DNA from: Hypanus sabinus
Taxonomy: Eukaryota
NCBI RefSeq assembly: GCF_030144855.1
Contig: NC_082727.1
Location: forward strand, 45,818,001-45,882,000
Reading direction: 5' to 3'
Length of the DNA stretch: 64,000 nt
Below are positions 1 to 13,294 of the stretch, in pieces; the first letter of the stretch is position 1; each line of letters opens with the position of its first letter. Made by a program: the position numbers and the translations under genes. The notes under the pieces are model-generated. The model worked only from the letters and a program-made list of their open reading frames with translations. It was not told where the DNA came from and did no database searches.

Positions 1-1089
1 AAATGGTCTTGCTGGGGTGTATGGGAGATGATGTATCTGCAGTCTGACCACAGGTACCTACTGTTTCATCATTGCACCACTTCTTACAGCATGGGATGCG
101 GCATGTTAATAAGTTTTGTGCATTGTGAATTACTAAGTGAGGGCTGCATCCAAGTGGAGAATGTATGTGAATCGTGGACATCAGCTGTCATTTGGTGAGT
201 GATGGATCTGTGGTAGATTGAAAAGTATTCAAGTTTATTAGTGCAGCTGGCTTTCACTGACGATGAATTGTATCACATTTTTGTATTTCTTGCAGTGTCT
301 ATTCCACAGTCATCTCCTCCCATTCCCTCCTGAGTGATCTCCTGTGAACAGAGGATAATCACTCCTTCCCTCTGCCAACAGCCCCAAGGTCACCAGTACC
401 GTGTTGGAAAATTAAGGATGTCAATCTCCATCCTATTACACTTTTTGAGAGGCACAGCTGAAGCTATAATAGTCCATAATGTCCTGATGCAGACTTGAAC
501 CCAAAATGTCAACAATTCCTTCTCCCCATCTCTATTCCCACCCCTGCTCAGACAACCTGCTGAGTTCCTTTAGCAGCTTCATACAGCAGCTATCCAGGAA
601 GATGGAAGCTGTCAGAAGAAAACATCAAATGCTTTATACACTTAGAGGCAAAGAAAAGTGGTAAATACTTAACGTAAATCAGCTAAACTTTGAAACTTAA
701 TCCCCTGGTTTAGTGGAAGATGTAAAGGAACCCCTGCACAGTAAGACATATTAGGGTCTGGAGACAAATTTAATTTGGAGTGCAATCCTTTACAATTACT
801 GATTGAACAAATGCAGCATTACATTGGAAAGCAGTGCGACTCTCTGCATCCTGTGCACAAATTTCAAATAACCCTTCATTTGAATTGACTGCAGATAGCA
901 TTGCCACATCAGTCTAACCCCTCGAGCACCCTGCATACATCATTACCTGTTACTTCCATCAATGGATCCATCATGAATTAGAACACAAGTTATTTTCTAA
1001 TGTTAAAAGCTTTTCTGATTTACTATTAATTTTACAACAATAATGTCTCCTCATTTTTGATTACTGAGACTCTTTGATCATTTTGCACA

Positions 1090-2190
1090 AAAATGGGCTT
1101 AGTACTTATTTCATTCTACTTGTTCTTTCTTGTAAAAATTGAGGGTAATTTATGTTTTTCTTGTGCTTGTTGTTATTCGATGCCATGTGCCTGTGATATT
1201 GCTGCAAGCATTTTTCATTGCACCTGTACTTGTGAATGTGACGATAGACTTGACATTGACTTCATAGTACTTTATCCAAGTAGATGTCATCTTTTCTGAT
1301 GATGTGTGACAGGTCATGCCTTTCAGCGAATTACATGTAAAAATTAACAGATGCACCTATTTAGATCTGTTTATAAGTTCCAAGTTTCAACGTGCATTTA
1401 TTATCAAACCTTGAGATTTGTTTACCTACAGGCAGCCACAAAGCAAGAAGCCAGAAAGAGCTCAATTAAAATATTAAATAAAATAAAGAATAACACCTGA
1501 TGTGAAGAGAAAGAGAAAAAAAATGCAAACAACAGCAGTCCGAACCAAATGGAGTCCTTACATCTGAACCCTGGAGGAGCCCAGAGTAGGTCCAAAGCCT
1601 TGGTACCAGTTCATCATACTAGCGGGTATGGAGCACAGCAGCTGGGTCAGTCTTCATACCCTCAGTGCCTTGGAGAGAGGAGTGAAAATCATGGAAGATT
1701 GATCAAAGTTAGCTCTCTTCTCCGATCCCAACACCTGTCTGGGTCCATATTTCAATTGTCTAAACAGCATACCGTACCTTGCGCTAGGACCCAGGCACGG
1801 CTGCAGAGAAAGGACGGGGGCCTAGGCCATGCCTCCTAGCAACTCACTACAGGCCCATATCTGGCCACCAAACCCGAAGCCACTCTTGATTTCTCCAAAT
1901 CGACTTGGCACCCAGAGCAATCCAACCTCACACCCGGGCCAGTTGTATGGGCATTGAAGCTCCTCTGCCTCGACTTCTCCTTTCTGAATGGCTCACTCCA
2001 TCTGCAACGTACCAACACAGTTCATCCCTCGAATTTGCTTCGCCTTCGCTCGCCTCTTCATTGTTTGTGGTGATAATTTACCACAATTTACTTCAGAAAA
2101 GGGGTTATTAGTAATGCTTTCAGTCGAATTTCTTGCCTTTTGATCTACCAGTGAGCTGTCACATGTATTCGGTAGTGCCATCTAAAACCA
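1090..2190. mobile_element. Two non-LTR (Rex/Babar-type) 3'-tail fragments in opposite orientation (about 1090-1265 +, about 1375-2190 -)
   Basis: Tails such as …tgacgatagacttgacattgac and aagttccaagtttcaa…tttattatcaaa resemble the Rex tails at 39731 and 62889. Confidence 0.45.
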
Positions 2191-2199
2191 GAATCTTTA

Positions 2200-3690
2200 G
2201 TAGTATTATGTCTAAACCTCCATAAAACTGAAATGGGGTCCATTCATTTCCTACAAATAGAAAGACTGCTGGCAAGTCAAAGGATGAGCAAGGCTTCTAC
2301 CTTGACCTGATTGAAAAGTGATGGCATCACCTTTAAGTCTGGGTTGGCACTCTGCAGGAGCAAAGCAACTGATATTCTCACTTGCCCTTTCTTCCAAGCA
2401 ATGTAATTCCTATGACATAATAATCCAATAACATTTGAAGCACCCAAACAAATCTGCATCCAATGTACTGTCAGACTTTGCATGGTTTGTTTTTGACAAT
2501 TTCTACCTCTTGACCCTTTCACCAAAGGGATCTTTTTTACTAATTATTTTGAAAACCTCATGACCTTCTTAGCTCAATGGAGAAGAATCCCATCCTCAAA
2601 TCTTATTCTGAAGTGCAAGTCCTTCATTCCAATAACTATTTCTCTTATTTTTTTCTGTTCCTCCACCAAGGCCTTCACATCTTTTCTAATGTTCAGTGGA
2701 CAGACATGACTCAATAATCTTACTGTCGGTAAAACTATTTTGTAAAGGTTCATTGTAACTTGATCACTTCATAAGTTACATCACCAATTCTGAAGGTGCA
2801 CTTCTAACTGTATTTTCATGTCAGGGCTTCTTACACTCACTTATTTGCTTCTCAAATCAACTGTTCATTTCCTTCCATCAACTGTCCATTTGCCTCTATA
2901 GGTGCTGCCTGACCTACTGAGTTCCTCCAGCATTTTGTGTGTTGTTCCTAATTTTACATGACTGTCTTTGCTGCAGGTTACTTAGTACTTGAGATTAACA
3001 AAAAAGAGGACCTCTTATTTAAATGTACTATTAAACTTAATCTCAATCCTCATTTATGGAAGAAAATAGAATCCTTCAGTCATCAATAATCCAATTCTAT
3101 GGTGTAGGTTGTGTCCTTAGTCCAACTCTCTGTTTAGCAGAACTAATCCCCCTTAATATATTGAACACTTCAACAAATTAGCCTTTATCTATTTTACAGG
3201 CCTAGGAAATAGTCGCAGGTTAGTTAATCGCTGCTTGGAAGTTAATATGGGTTGCATTCCATTTGCAGTATCATCTCCAAGGTGAATATATTCTTCCTAA
3301 CATACAGAACCTAGAAGTGCTATCAAGACTCTCGGTTTCCTTTAACATGGACTAGTTATTGCTGCAGTATAACTTCTGGCAGCTTGTATTATAGCCCTCT
3401 TGATATCAAGGTCAGCATTCCACTGACTTCTTCATTACTTTCTGTAGCGATGAACATGCTCCTCTAGTCTCTCTGGTCTTCCAACATTTCTATTTTGCAC
3501 CAGTTTGAAACTATACTGTTCTAAGTGAATGGGATTGTATTTCCTTCTTTGAAATCTCCTTTGCCTGACCTTATTTAATATTGATTTCTTTGGGATTTCT
3601 ACCACATTTTTCCTTGACTGTAAGCACTGATACAAAATAACATTACCCCATCTTCTCCATTTCCTTATTTTCATTTACTACATTTTAAGG
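2200..3690 (-). mobile_element. Highly decayed CR1-type LINE fragments with a Penelope-tail remnant (about 2880-2950)
   Basis: Degenerate matches to the CR1 3' region seen elsewhere in the window; gctgcctgacctactgagttcctccagcattttgtgtg tail. Confidence 0.4.
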
Positions 3691-3706
3691 GATGTACTTC
3701 ATTTCT

Positions 3707-3904
3707 TGTGGATGTACTTCATTTCTATGTATACCTGTCTGGACATGCCCCTCTGCCAACTGCTCCTGTGGCTCCTCCCACAGACCCCTGTATAAAGGCA
3801 ATTGGAGGCTCCTCCCTCAGTCTCCGAGATGCCGTGCTCCGTTTTGCTGCTAATAAAAGCCTATCGTTCACCTCCCGTCTCCAAGAGTTGTTGATGGTGC
3901 ATCA
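3707..3904 (+). mobile_element. Short solo LTR
   Basis: TG…CA termini; internal TATAAA (about 3791) then AATAAA (about 3852); flanks tttct / cttct form a near-perfect 5-bp TSD. Confidence 0.55.
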
Positions 3905-4869
3905 CTTCTCAACATGTTATCTTAATTGAATATAAGAGCAAAAAGGTATTTGTTTTTGTTCTGTTATCCTTTTGAAGTTTCATTTCACATGTTCTTTCTG
4001 AAGGTTCGATTTGTCATGTGTTGTTGTTCTTTCATCTTCCCATTGTCACGAACTGCACAAGTGTGCTTTAAACTTCATGTCTCCTCTTTCTTTGGCATTA
4101 ATGCTTCCCTTGTCCCTTCAATTGTTCATCTCTGTTGTTGTCACCTAGTAACATGAACAAATTTTATATCATATTAGGTTCTTTCCTGAACGCCCACTGA
4201 AAAGCTATTGTTTCTATGTATTAACGTTACCAAGGTTACCATAGATAGCCTTTGCCTCGTAACATGGAAGTTAGATCTTAAATCTTGAATTTTTGGCAGT
4301 TGTTTTGCATATCTCCCTGCCAAGCACAGCCTTGATCTTGATGTGAATATCAACATAAAACTGCAGGTGCTGGAAATTTAAAATAAAAATACAAACTACC
4401 AGAAATATTCAGCAGGTCAGGCCACATGAAGGGAAACAGAGCTGCAACATACCTTGTTGAAGATACTTTGCCAGAACGGGGAACAGCTCACCTCACCTCA
4501 ATAAGGTCCCGATTCTGATTAAAGATTTTGATCCAAGAAGTTAATTTTGTTTCTTTTATTCATAATATGTTCACTAAGATAAATGCTCATGTACCACTCC
4601 ACTAATAAATAAGCTGGCTCACTATTCATCATTAAGGCTTCTTTACAACCATCCAAACACCACCCCAAACTTGTTCTGGAACAAATGGTTTCAGGAAATG
4701 TTTGTGAACATGCAGGCACTACAATCACAGTCTTTATGATAATCCCAATTAAAATCATTTTGATTTTGCTGCCTGATTGACAATTCTCTATGTTTACCGA
4801 TGCTGCCAATGTCTGCATGCTCAACTTCAACTACAGTCTAAAATGTTTCTCCATTTCTCAATTCAACTG

Positions 4870-6370
4870 TTCATAATACTCACTTATAAACACACTGACT
4901 CTCTCTTGATCACAACTACCTCCACCCTATTTTCTGAAAGGACTCAATCTCTTTCTCTCACTTTCTCTGTGTCCACCATATTTGTTCTTAAGATGATGCT
5001 TTCTGCTACAGGACAACTGAAATACCCTCCTTTTTCGGGAAATATGGCCTTTCTTCCACTGGTGGCTGACGAAGCTCTTACTGGCATTTCTTACACTTTC
5101 TTGAGACCTGCTCTCAAGGCCCCCCAGCCTCCAATCCCCTCCCCCTGGCTTCAAGACAGAACAAAGATACAGTATAGTTCCCTTGGTCCTCACTTTTCAC
5201 ACCACTGCAGTCTCTTTCCTTGTGTATCATCATTTCTGTTTCTGTCAGCTGCAATCGGATCCCACCACCAATGACGACATACCCTCCTCACCTTCTTGTG
5301 CTTTCTGCAGGGAACTCTCTCTTCACCGGTCAGCCCATTCCTCCCCACCCACCTTTTCTTGCCACCTGGCAATTTCCCCTGCAGATGCAGCACTAGTGCC
5401 TACGTCTCCATCCTCACCACTAAGCAGGGACCTAAACAGATGAGGTTCCCATACAGCTCCTCCTGTCTCATCTATTTGCATTTGTTGCTCTTGATCTGGC
5501 ATTCTCTACATCAATGAAACCAAGTGTAGACTATGTGACTGTTTTGTGAAGCACCTGCGCCCTGTCCACAATGGCCATCTGGATCTACTCTCAGCATGCC
5601 TTTCCGGTTTCCTTTCCCCCTTCTCACACCAATCTGTCAGTCCCTGGACTGCTCCACTGCTACAGTGTGGCCAAACACATACTAGAGGAGCAACTCTTCA
5701 TATTCCACTTGGGTAGCCTTCAAACCAATGCTATGAACATTCAACTCTCCAGTTGCCGGTAACCCACACCACTATGTTCCTTCTCCGTTTACACAAGTTC
5801 TAACGTTCAACGTTCAAAATATCAAAATAAATTTACTATCAAAGTACCTACTTTATATGTTACCATATACAAACAGAGATTCATTTCCTTGCAGGCATTT
5901 AAAAAAGAGAAATGTAATTGAATTTAACAAAAATTATACATAACAAAGACTCAAAACCAACTAATGTGAAAAAGACGGACTGTGCGAATATAAATACCCA
6001 GAATATGTGTTGTAAAAAGTCCTTGAAAGCAAGTTGAAGGTGAGTCTCTTTGTTTTCCTTTTACATTCTTCTTCCCAACCCCAGCACATCTCATGCCTCA
6101 TTAACTAGATCTATTACTCTTCCCCAGATGCTTTTACCTACCCATCATCCCTCCCTTATCTGATTTGACCTATCACTTCCCAGCCTGTCCTAACACTCCC
6201 TTACACCTCTATATTGTCTCTCTACACTCCCAGTCACAAGGTAGGATCTTGGCTTCGAAACACAACCATCTTTCACTCCAAGGATGCTGCTGAAGCTTCT
6301 GAGTTCCTCCAACAATTTGTTGTTTGCTCCAGATTCCAGCATTTGCTGTCTCTTGTGTCTCCAACTTAAT
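4870..6370 (+). mobile_element. Decayed Penelope-like element (RT C-terminus, GIY-YIG remnant, tail), interrupted by a LINE tail at about 5800-6050
   Basis: 5470-5560 encodes a degenerate …ILYINETKCRLCDCFVKHL, homologous to the GIY-YIG ORF at 26813-27283. Confidence 0.65.
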
Positions 6371-6879
6371 TTTTTTTTTGCTTTTTGTCCCCATTGGTTC
6401 CCCCTTAACCAAAACTAGCCCTTCAACTTCATCATGTTCTTTCATTCTTATCTTATACTTGTATATTTTGATCACATTCTTAACAATCTATTATTAATTT
6501 ACTTATTATTCATATATATTATATATCACATGGCTACATGATACAAAATTAATTTAGTCTGGGGAAATATTCAGCACAGCACTCATTTGCATAAAGAATA
6601 AAGCATAAAGCAGCCACACACATTATTTCAACTTTTTCCTTTAATGTAACTTTTTTATTTTATTACCTGGCTTAACTGCTCCCCATATCTCAGTTTCCTC
6701 TTCAACCATGATGCCTAAAGCATATTTTTGCTCTTTTACCTCTTAAATCTATTATTTATACTACCTCTCCCACCCAAGCCTTGTAACAACTTACTGTTGA
6801 AAGTGCCTTTTTAATCCTTATTTTTAGGATTCTGGTCTTAGTCCTGATCACAATTTAGTTTCAATATTACAATTCATCA

Positions 6880-7090
6880 TGGAGCACCCGTGCTCTGTCT
6901 ATAATGGCCATCTTGAGCTTCTGGTTGCATGTCTTTTTAATCCTCATCCCCATTCGCACTCTGTGCTGTCTGTCCTTGGCCTGCTCCACTGTCACCAGGA
7001 GCTCAGGTACAAACTAGAAGAATAAAACTTAAGATTAGAAGCCTCATCGTGAATATTAAACTTTGTAGTTTCTGGTAAGCATTCTCCTGT
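6880..7090 (+). mobile_element. Decayed Penelope GIY-YIG fragment
   Basis: Paralogous to 5550-5770. Confidence 0.5.
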
Positions 7091-9399
7091 GTTCCTTTCC
7101 CATTCCTACAGCTTCACCCTTTCCCACATCACTTCTCATGAATCCATTCCCATGCTAATTTGAAGTTCTTTTTTTTTCATTTTGTTCCTGACGCCTTCTA
7201 TTCTCCAAACAGAACTTCTTTTCTACTTTTTTTGCTGATGGTTGAAATAGGAATCATGATTTATTGATCCTGACTTGCTGGTGACTGATAAACTGGGTAT
7301 ATGTCATCTTTTCTCCTGGCACTAGGATGTCAACAAATTAAATAGATATCCACTCACATAATATGCTAGCTTAATGGTTCGTCCTTGCATTGCATACAAC
7401 CAATTCATCATGGTATCTAAGGAAATCTCGTAATCCATTTCTGAAACTGAAATAGTTCAAATCATACTTAAATGCATACATACATAGGCAGTTGTAAGGC
7501 AAGGAAAACGTCTCTAGATTTGGGAGATTTCTAGGCCTCGAAACAGATGTAGCAGACAAAAATTGTACAAACATGGTTTTAATCAACTTTCCGCGTGTCT
7601 GTGAGTTAGTTATTGGCAGAATTTAAAATTTTAATAATTTTGATGACTTTGCACCTCTTAACACAGACACATTGTAAGTCTGAATCATGTCTGCCACTGT
7701 TCTCTCACAGCTTTTAATAACACTGCTTTCTTAAACTGAGCATTATTTACAGATCATCAGCATTGAGCCTGCAGCCATAGGCTAACTGCTGAATAATTCT
7801 CTGCCACACATCGGGAATACTGACCCGAAGTGGGATTAGTCACCAAATGACAAGCTTCCATCCTCAAATCAAATTTGCCAGAATGGGAAAAAGGAAACTT
7901 GTTTGATTTTCGTCAGATCAGAAATGAGTGGAAATATATCAGAAGAGGTAGCCTTCCTGGAAGGAAATTACCAGGAAGTTATCTGTAACACTATAAATGT
8001 TTTCTATGAGTTTAAATATCGAGCTTATCTAAAGCAGGTTTTTCATTTTGCTGGAGTTTTATATCAGCGCAACAGTGATTATCTCAGCCGATACTACCTG
8101 CAGGATTATAAGGCAAGATTTTTAAGAGGAACGGTGATCCCTATTGACTGCAACATCAAAGCAGAAACTTAAGTTTGTTGGTACTTGAACTTTGTCCATT
8201 TGACGTCCTAACTGTGCATATTTGTCTGATCACCTAATGAGTGACGGACCCAGGGAAAGTATAAGATAGACTAAGAGTCTTTCCAGGGGAAGTTTGGACT
8301 GCATTATACATATTTTGTTAAAAACCCATAGCAGTCTGGATCTGCTTGTGGTCTTTAGCCTTTAGCCATTTCTCATTCTCTGAAGTTCCATATTGCAAAT
8401 TGACAGAAGTTGCCTACGCTGTTCAACACTTTTCAAGGTGTGCAAAATGGTTGAACATGTGGTCTGACTAGAATTCAATCATCTGCATCTGTGTGTGCAC
8501 CAACCTCCATACTCAGCCACAGTTGTATAGTGCATCTTCATTGAAAGGCGCAATAACAGAATATGTCCACAAGATGGTGAGACTTCCAATCTTATGTGTT
8601 TAGGTTTGGCAAAATTCAAGGAACTCTGTTAATAGCCCATCGGGACAAGGAAGATACAAGCACTTTCCAGACACTGTGACAGAAAAGGGATTTTCATTAT
8701 GTGTTTATCCTTTGGTGATACTCTAATTGTATGTTAAGTTAAAGTAACTGATCTGAAACCTCAAATTCACTTTAGTCTATTCATAATCATATTGTTCTAA
8801 AGGTTAATTTAAATACACTGAAAATAATGAATATTCAATCCATTATATTAATAACTACAGCAATGATCAAGGTTGAATTGTAATTTCATAACTAAATTGC
8901 TTGACTTTTTGATATGCTTGAAATGAAGTTTTTCCAGTAAAACATTGGGCCAAGATTATCCTTGATTCTGCTGCTGCCTTGTGTTTCTTCTCCTTAGCCA
9001 CTTGCTACCCCTGTGATGGACACTGACTCTTTGTGGCCTCCAAGCTTCACTGCTGTGGCAGTCCCACAAAACACAGTGGTCTGGCAGAAGCAACTAGTTC
9101 TCGGGCGACTGGATGTGAGAGTATGCCAACAAACTTCTTGCTTACCCTCCACTAGCTGTGCTTTCAAAGATCTTTTCAACTGTCTGTAGATGATAAATGA
9201 TTTAAAATTAAAGAACAAACAATGCTGACCTGGTTTGATGAGTGCTGTTTAGTTGTTGCTGATCTAAGCTGTCTGGGTGGAAGTAACACATTTCCTGCTT
9301 GTCAGCACAAAGCTTTTGTCTTTTATCACCGGACTCAGCACAGAATCCAGAGCCAGAGCAAAGGGTCAGATACCAAGACAATAAAGCTATTCAGCCCAT

Positions 9400-9800
9400 T
9401 TCTGTAAACTTTCAGTATCTTCCCATCTAATGATGACGGGCCAACTGGTCTACAGTTCTCCATTTTCTTCTCCTCCCACCTCTCTCCTGCACCACCTACT
9501 TTGTTCAATAGCAAGGTTACATTTGACACATTCATTCAAATGGAACCATTCTGGAGTTGCAAGTTGAAATTTTGAAAGTTTCATTGATCAATAGCTACAA
9601 CCAGCTCTTCAAAGCTCTGGCATACAATTCATCAGGGTCATAGCGTTTTATGCCTTTCAGTCCCAAGTAATTGTTCACTAATGTTAATATTTTTAAGCTC
9701 ATTCACTCTTGACATACAGTTTTTCACTATTTCCATGGAGGTTACTCTGTCTGCTTCTAATAAAATTGACAAAAATATTTACCTTCTTCTGCCCCTCAAT
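9400..9800 (-). mobile_element. Ancient CR1 ORF2 remnant
   Basis: ENCRPVGPSSLDGKILK resembles the CR1 motif GNYRPVSLTSVVGKILE. Confidence 0.5.
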
Positions 9801-9960
9801 TTACTTCTTGCAAGATAATTTCTTCTGCATCAATCCGTGAAAAGAATGCATCAGCAATTCTGAATTATCCACTGTAAATTTTATTGGAACAAAATGCACA
9901 GTTAAGTCATTATAATTGAAATAATATTGACAAATAAAATCTTGTAAGCAGTGCCATAAG

Positions 9961-10830
9961 TTCCAGTTCAAGATCAAGTTTACTTGTCATTGCACCATAC
10001 ATGAATATAGATAAGTGAAGCAATATTTCTCCAGGGCCAAGGTGCAAAACTTATTACCAACAGCACACATCACACTACACACTGCACATAGCACATAAGT
10101 GCAAATAGCACATATGGTTACAATTTCAGAGAAGCATAAAAAAAATATAACCCAAGTCCCTGAGTGGCATGACTGTAGAATTGATGGTAAGTTGTTCTGG
10201 TCTAGCTTGTTCTTGCACTGAGAGAACACTGCAGAGCAGCAGAGAGCAAACACCGGAAGGCAGCACAGAGTAAACGCTGGAGTGCAGATCCAAGCTAACA
10301 CCGGTAAGCAGCACCGAGCGAGCATCAGAGGCTGACACTGAACGAACATCAATGGACAGCAAAGAACAAAGGCTGGAGGTTTGCAACAAGCAAATACTGG
10401 TGGGCAGCACTGACAGGAGGGGCCAGCCTCCAACCAAAGTATAGATTTCTGTGTGCCCCACAGAGACTCTTTCATACTGTCTCTGTGCTTTCTCTCCTGG
10501 TTGGCTGCAAAAGGCGACCCCCCCCCCCCCTCACGGCCTCGGCCTAGACCTCACCTCAACTGAGGCAATTCAACTCCCTCCATTGTCGGTCTGAGCAATG
10601 AACTAATGAACAGGTCTTGCAATATTCTACCTTACCAATGTCCAACAGGGTCTTGGGATCACAATAAAAATGTCCAAAACAATCACTCACACTGCAAACC
10701 AATGGTACACAACACATCTGTGTAACAGCACAACAATGGTACACAATAAGTCCAACTCCATCAAGTCACTGATGGGATAATCCTGCAGTACTTGATTTTC
10801 TTAGTATCCAGCAATGACTTGCAATCATAA
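9961..10830 (-). mobile_element. Non-autonomous retroelement-like repeat with Rex-type tail, carrying an internal 24-bp tandem array
   Basis: agttcaagatcaagtttacttgtcattgcacc tail; 24-bp array at 10216-10407. Confidence 0.4.
10216..10407. repeat. Degenerate minisatellite, 8 x 24 bp
   Basis: Units start at 10216, 10240, 10264, 10288, 10312, 10336, 10360 and 10384; consensus about CACNGAGCAAACACTGGAGGGCAG. Confidence 0.85.
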
Positions 10831-11234
10831 AAAAGACATACAAGATGAACACGTAACCTTTGATTGGACCCAGAGTGACCAGTGTGCCTGTGCGTGCCAC
10901 CACTTTAAAAGATATAACAAACTTGGATGCCAGTATCAGTCACTGTCAAATACACATGGTCCAAATTTTCTTTCACTTTTATGACTATCCTGACTCCCCC
11001 TACCTTGACTCATAATTACAATACCTGCAGATTAAAGGGACACTCAAGTAAATTTCTTGTTGTGATGCTGATTCAAAGTATAAAGGGGACTATTCACACC
11101 TTCTCTTGATGAATCGCATGTTTCTTTTTATGCCCCATTATCATCTTATTCCACCTAGGATGATAAATCCTTTTTGAAATTTAATCATTCCTGCAAGAGG
11201 TTTTCTTTCTTATCTCTCCTTCTCCCTCATCCAT

Positions 11235-12450
11235 AAAACCATAAGACACAGGTCATCGGGCCAATCGAGTCTGTCCACCATTCCATCATAACTAACTTAT
11301 TATCCTTCAGTTTCATTCTCCTGCCTTTTCCCTGTAATCTTTGATGTCCTTACTGATCAAGAACCAATCAACTTTCATTGGAGGCAATGAATATCACCAC
11401 CCTCTTGCTAAATAAGTTCCTCATCATCTCTTTTCTAAACGTCACCCATACTTTCTAAGTCTGTGCCCTCCGATCCTAGATTCCCCCACTATAAGAAGCG
11501 TCCATGCCATGTCCAGTCTATCCAGGCCTTTCAATATTTGATTGGTGTCAATCAGATTCCACCTCATTCTTCTAAGATCCAACGTGTACAGGCCCAGAAC
11601 CATCAAACACTAACCCTTTCATTCCCGAGATCATTCGCGTAAACCACCTCTGGAACTTCTCCAAAAACAGCACTTTCTTTTTTCAGACATGGAACCCAAA
11701 ATTGCTGAAAATACTTAAAATGTCATCTGACCAATACCTTATAACGTCTCAGCATTACTTCCTTGCATTTATATTCTAGTCCTCTCAAAATGAATGACTC
11801 AACCAACAAAGTTAATTTTCAGGGACTCATGCATGAACACTTGCAAGACCCTCTTCATTTCTAATTTATGAATTTGCTCCCCATTTAGAAAATAGTCAAT
11901 GTCTTTATTCCTTCTACCAAATTACATGATAATAAATTTCTTTGCACTGTATTCAATTCACTCTTTACACCTTAAGACTGTGCCCTCTTGTGCTAGCGAC
12001 TGCAGCCCTGGGAAAAAGCTTCTGACTATCTATATGATCAATGCCTCTCATCATCTTATACGCCTCTATCAGGTCACCTCTCATCCTCCTTCGCTCCAAG
12101 GAAAAAAGGGCCGAGTTCACTCAACCTATTCTCATAAGGCATGCTCCCCAGTCCAGGTAACATCCTTATAAATCTCCTCTGCACCCTTACTATGGTTTCC
12201 ACATCCTTCCTGTAGTGAGGCAACCAGAACTGAACACAATACCCCAAGTGGGGTCTGACCAGGGTCCTATATAGCTGCAGCATTACCTCTCTGCTCTTAA
12301 ACTCAATCTCTTGATTGATGAAGGCCAATGCACCATATGCCTTCTTAACCTCAGAGTCAACCTGCACAGCAGCTTTGAGCGTCCTATGGACACAGACCCC
12401 AAGATCCCTCTGATCTTCCACACTGCCAATACTATAATACAATACTATAT
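11235..12450 (-). mobile_element. Two CR1 LINE 3' fragments
   Basis: ORF 12074-12442 contains QRDLGVCVH…LYRTLVRPHLGYCVQFW, the CR1 ORF2 C-terminus. Confidence 0.9.
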
Positions 12451-12454
12451 TTGC

Positions 12455-12574
12455 TGTATGTACCCCTAGGGTTAATTTTTTCTGTGGACTATCACTTTAA
12501 AATGCTGAGAGAATGAGACTAATTTTTGGACACTGTTTGAGGGAGGGAGAGAGGGAGAGAGGGAGAGAGGGAGA

Positions 12575-12622
<48 letters not shown>

Positions 12623-12892
12623 CGATGTTATGGTTTCTCTGAAGCTTGTTTACTTTTTACAAGGACAGTCACAGACACACAGAAAGACACAGCTCAGAGA
12701 CAAGGTGTATTTGGTCAATGGAAGACACCAGTGAGTCGGTCGCCGGTTTAAACTTTCAGTAGCCCAAAAGGGGTGAGTTGAGATCGATCAAGAGCATTGA
12801 TAAATGACTCTCACAAGTTCTGCAACTAGAAGAAGTTTTGCAGAGAAGAGAAGAGGGGAGAGGAGGGTTTGAAACAGAGGAACCTAGTAACA
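12455..12892. mobile_element. LTR-like segment containing a (GA)n microsatellite
   Basis: TGT…TAACA termini between a CR1 and a Rex fragment; no TSD visible. Confidence 0.35.
12539..12620 (+). repeat. (GA)n / GAGG microsatellite
   Basis: Read directly from the sequence. Confidence 0.95.
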
Positions 12893-13290
12893 AAGAGATT
12901 GTGGCAATAGGCAAATTGCAGTGGGTTGAGGTCCTTGCTAAGGCAGGAATTGATTCTCTCAAAGCATTTCATCATCGTAGATGTGAGTGCTACTAGACAA
13001 TAGTCGTTAAGGCAGCTCACACTAATCTTCTTGTGCACGGGTGTAATTGCTGCTCTTTTGTAGCAGGTGAGAACTTCCACCATTGCAGTGAGGCGTTCAA
13101 AATGTCCTTGAATACACCAGCCAGTTGGTTGGCACAAGTTTTCAGAGAATTACCAGGTACTCCATTGGGGCCTGCCTACCTTGCAAGGGTTCACCCTCCT
13201 TACAGACAGCCTGACATCGGCTCTGAGACAGAGATCACAGGGTCGCTGGGTGCAGCAGGGATCTTCACAACTGTAGCTTCATTCTCCATT
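12893..13290 (-). mobile_element. Rex1/Babar LINE RT fragment (resumes at about 15481-15670 after the CR1 insertion)
   Basis: ITPVHKK…CLNDYCLVALTSTMMKCFER…LNPLQFAY. Confidence 0.85.
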
Positions 13291-13294
13291 ATAA

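Larger units (their letters stand above)
4643..9183 (-). other. Speculative small multi-exon transcript (candidate exons 9183-9146, 7440-7358, 6714-6667, 4675-4643)
   Basis: AG/GT-bounded segments whose phases join into one open frame. No homology recognised. Confidence 0.25.

Noticed and set aside
7903-8172. 89-aa + strand ORF (MIFVRSEMSG…)
   Set aside because: No recognisable domain or splice context; consistent with a chance ORF.
8960-9190. Possible RTE-LINE C-terminal remnant (RQLKRSLKAQL…AKEKKHK)
   Set aside because: The similarity is too weak to call. It is kept only as an alternative explanation for candidate exon 9183-9146.
9783-9871. Exon-like block with a strong AAG|GTAAAT donor
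   Set aside because: It has stops in the frame needed to join the downstream candidates, and the donor falls in or beside decayed CR1 sequence.
10216-10407. CRISPR-like periodicity
   Set aside because: Contiguous degenerate units with no identical repeats or unique spacers, in a eukaryotic context with no cas genes.
12513-12734. ORF with an ERERER tract
   Set aside because: It is a translation of the (GA)n microsatellite.
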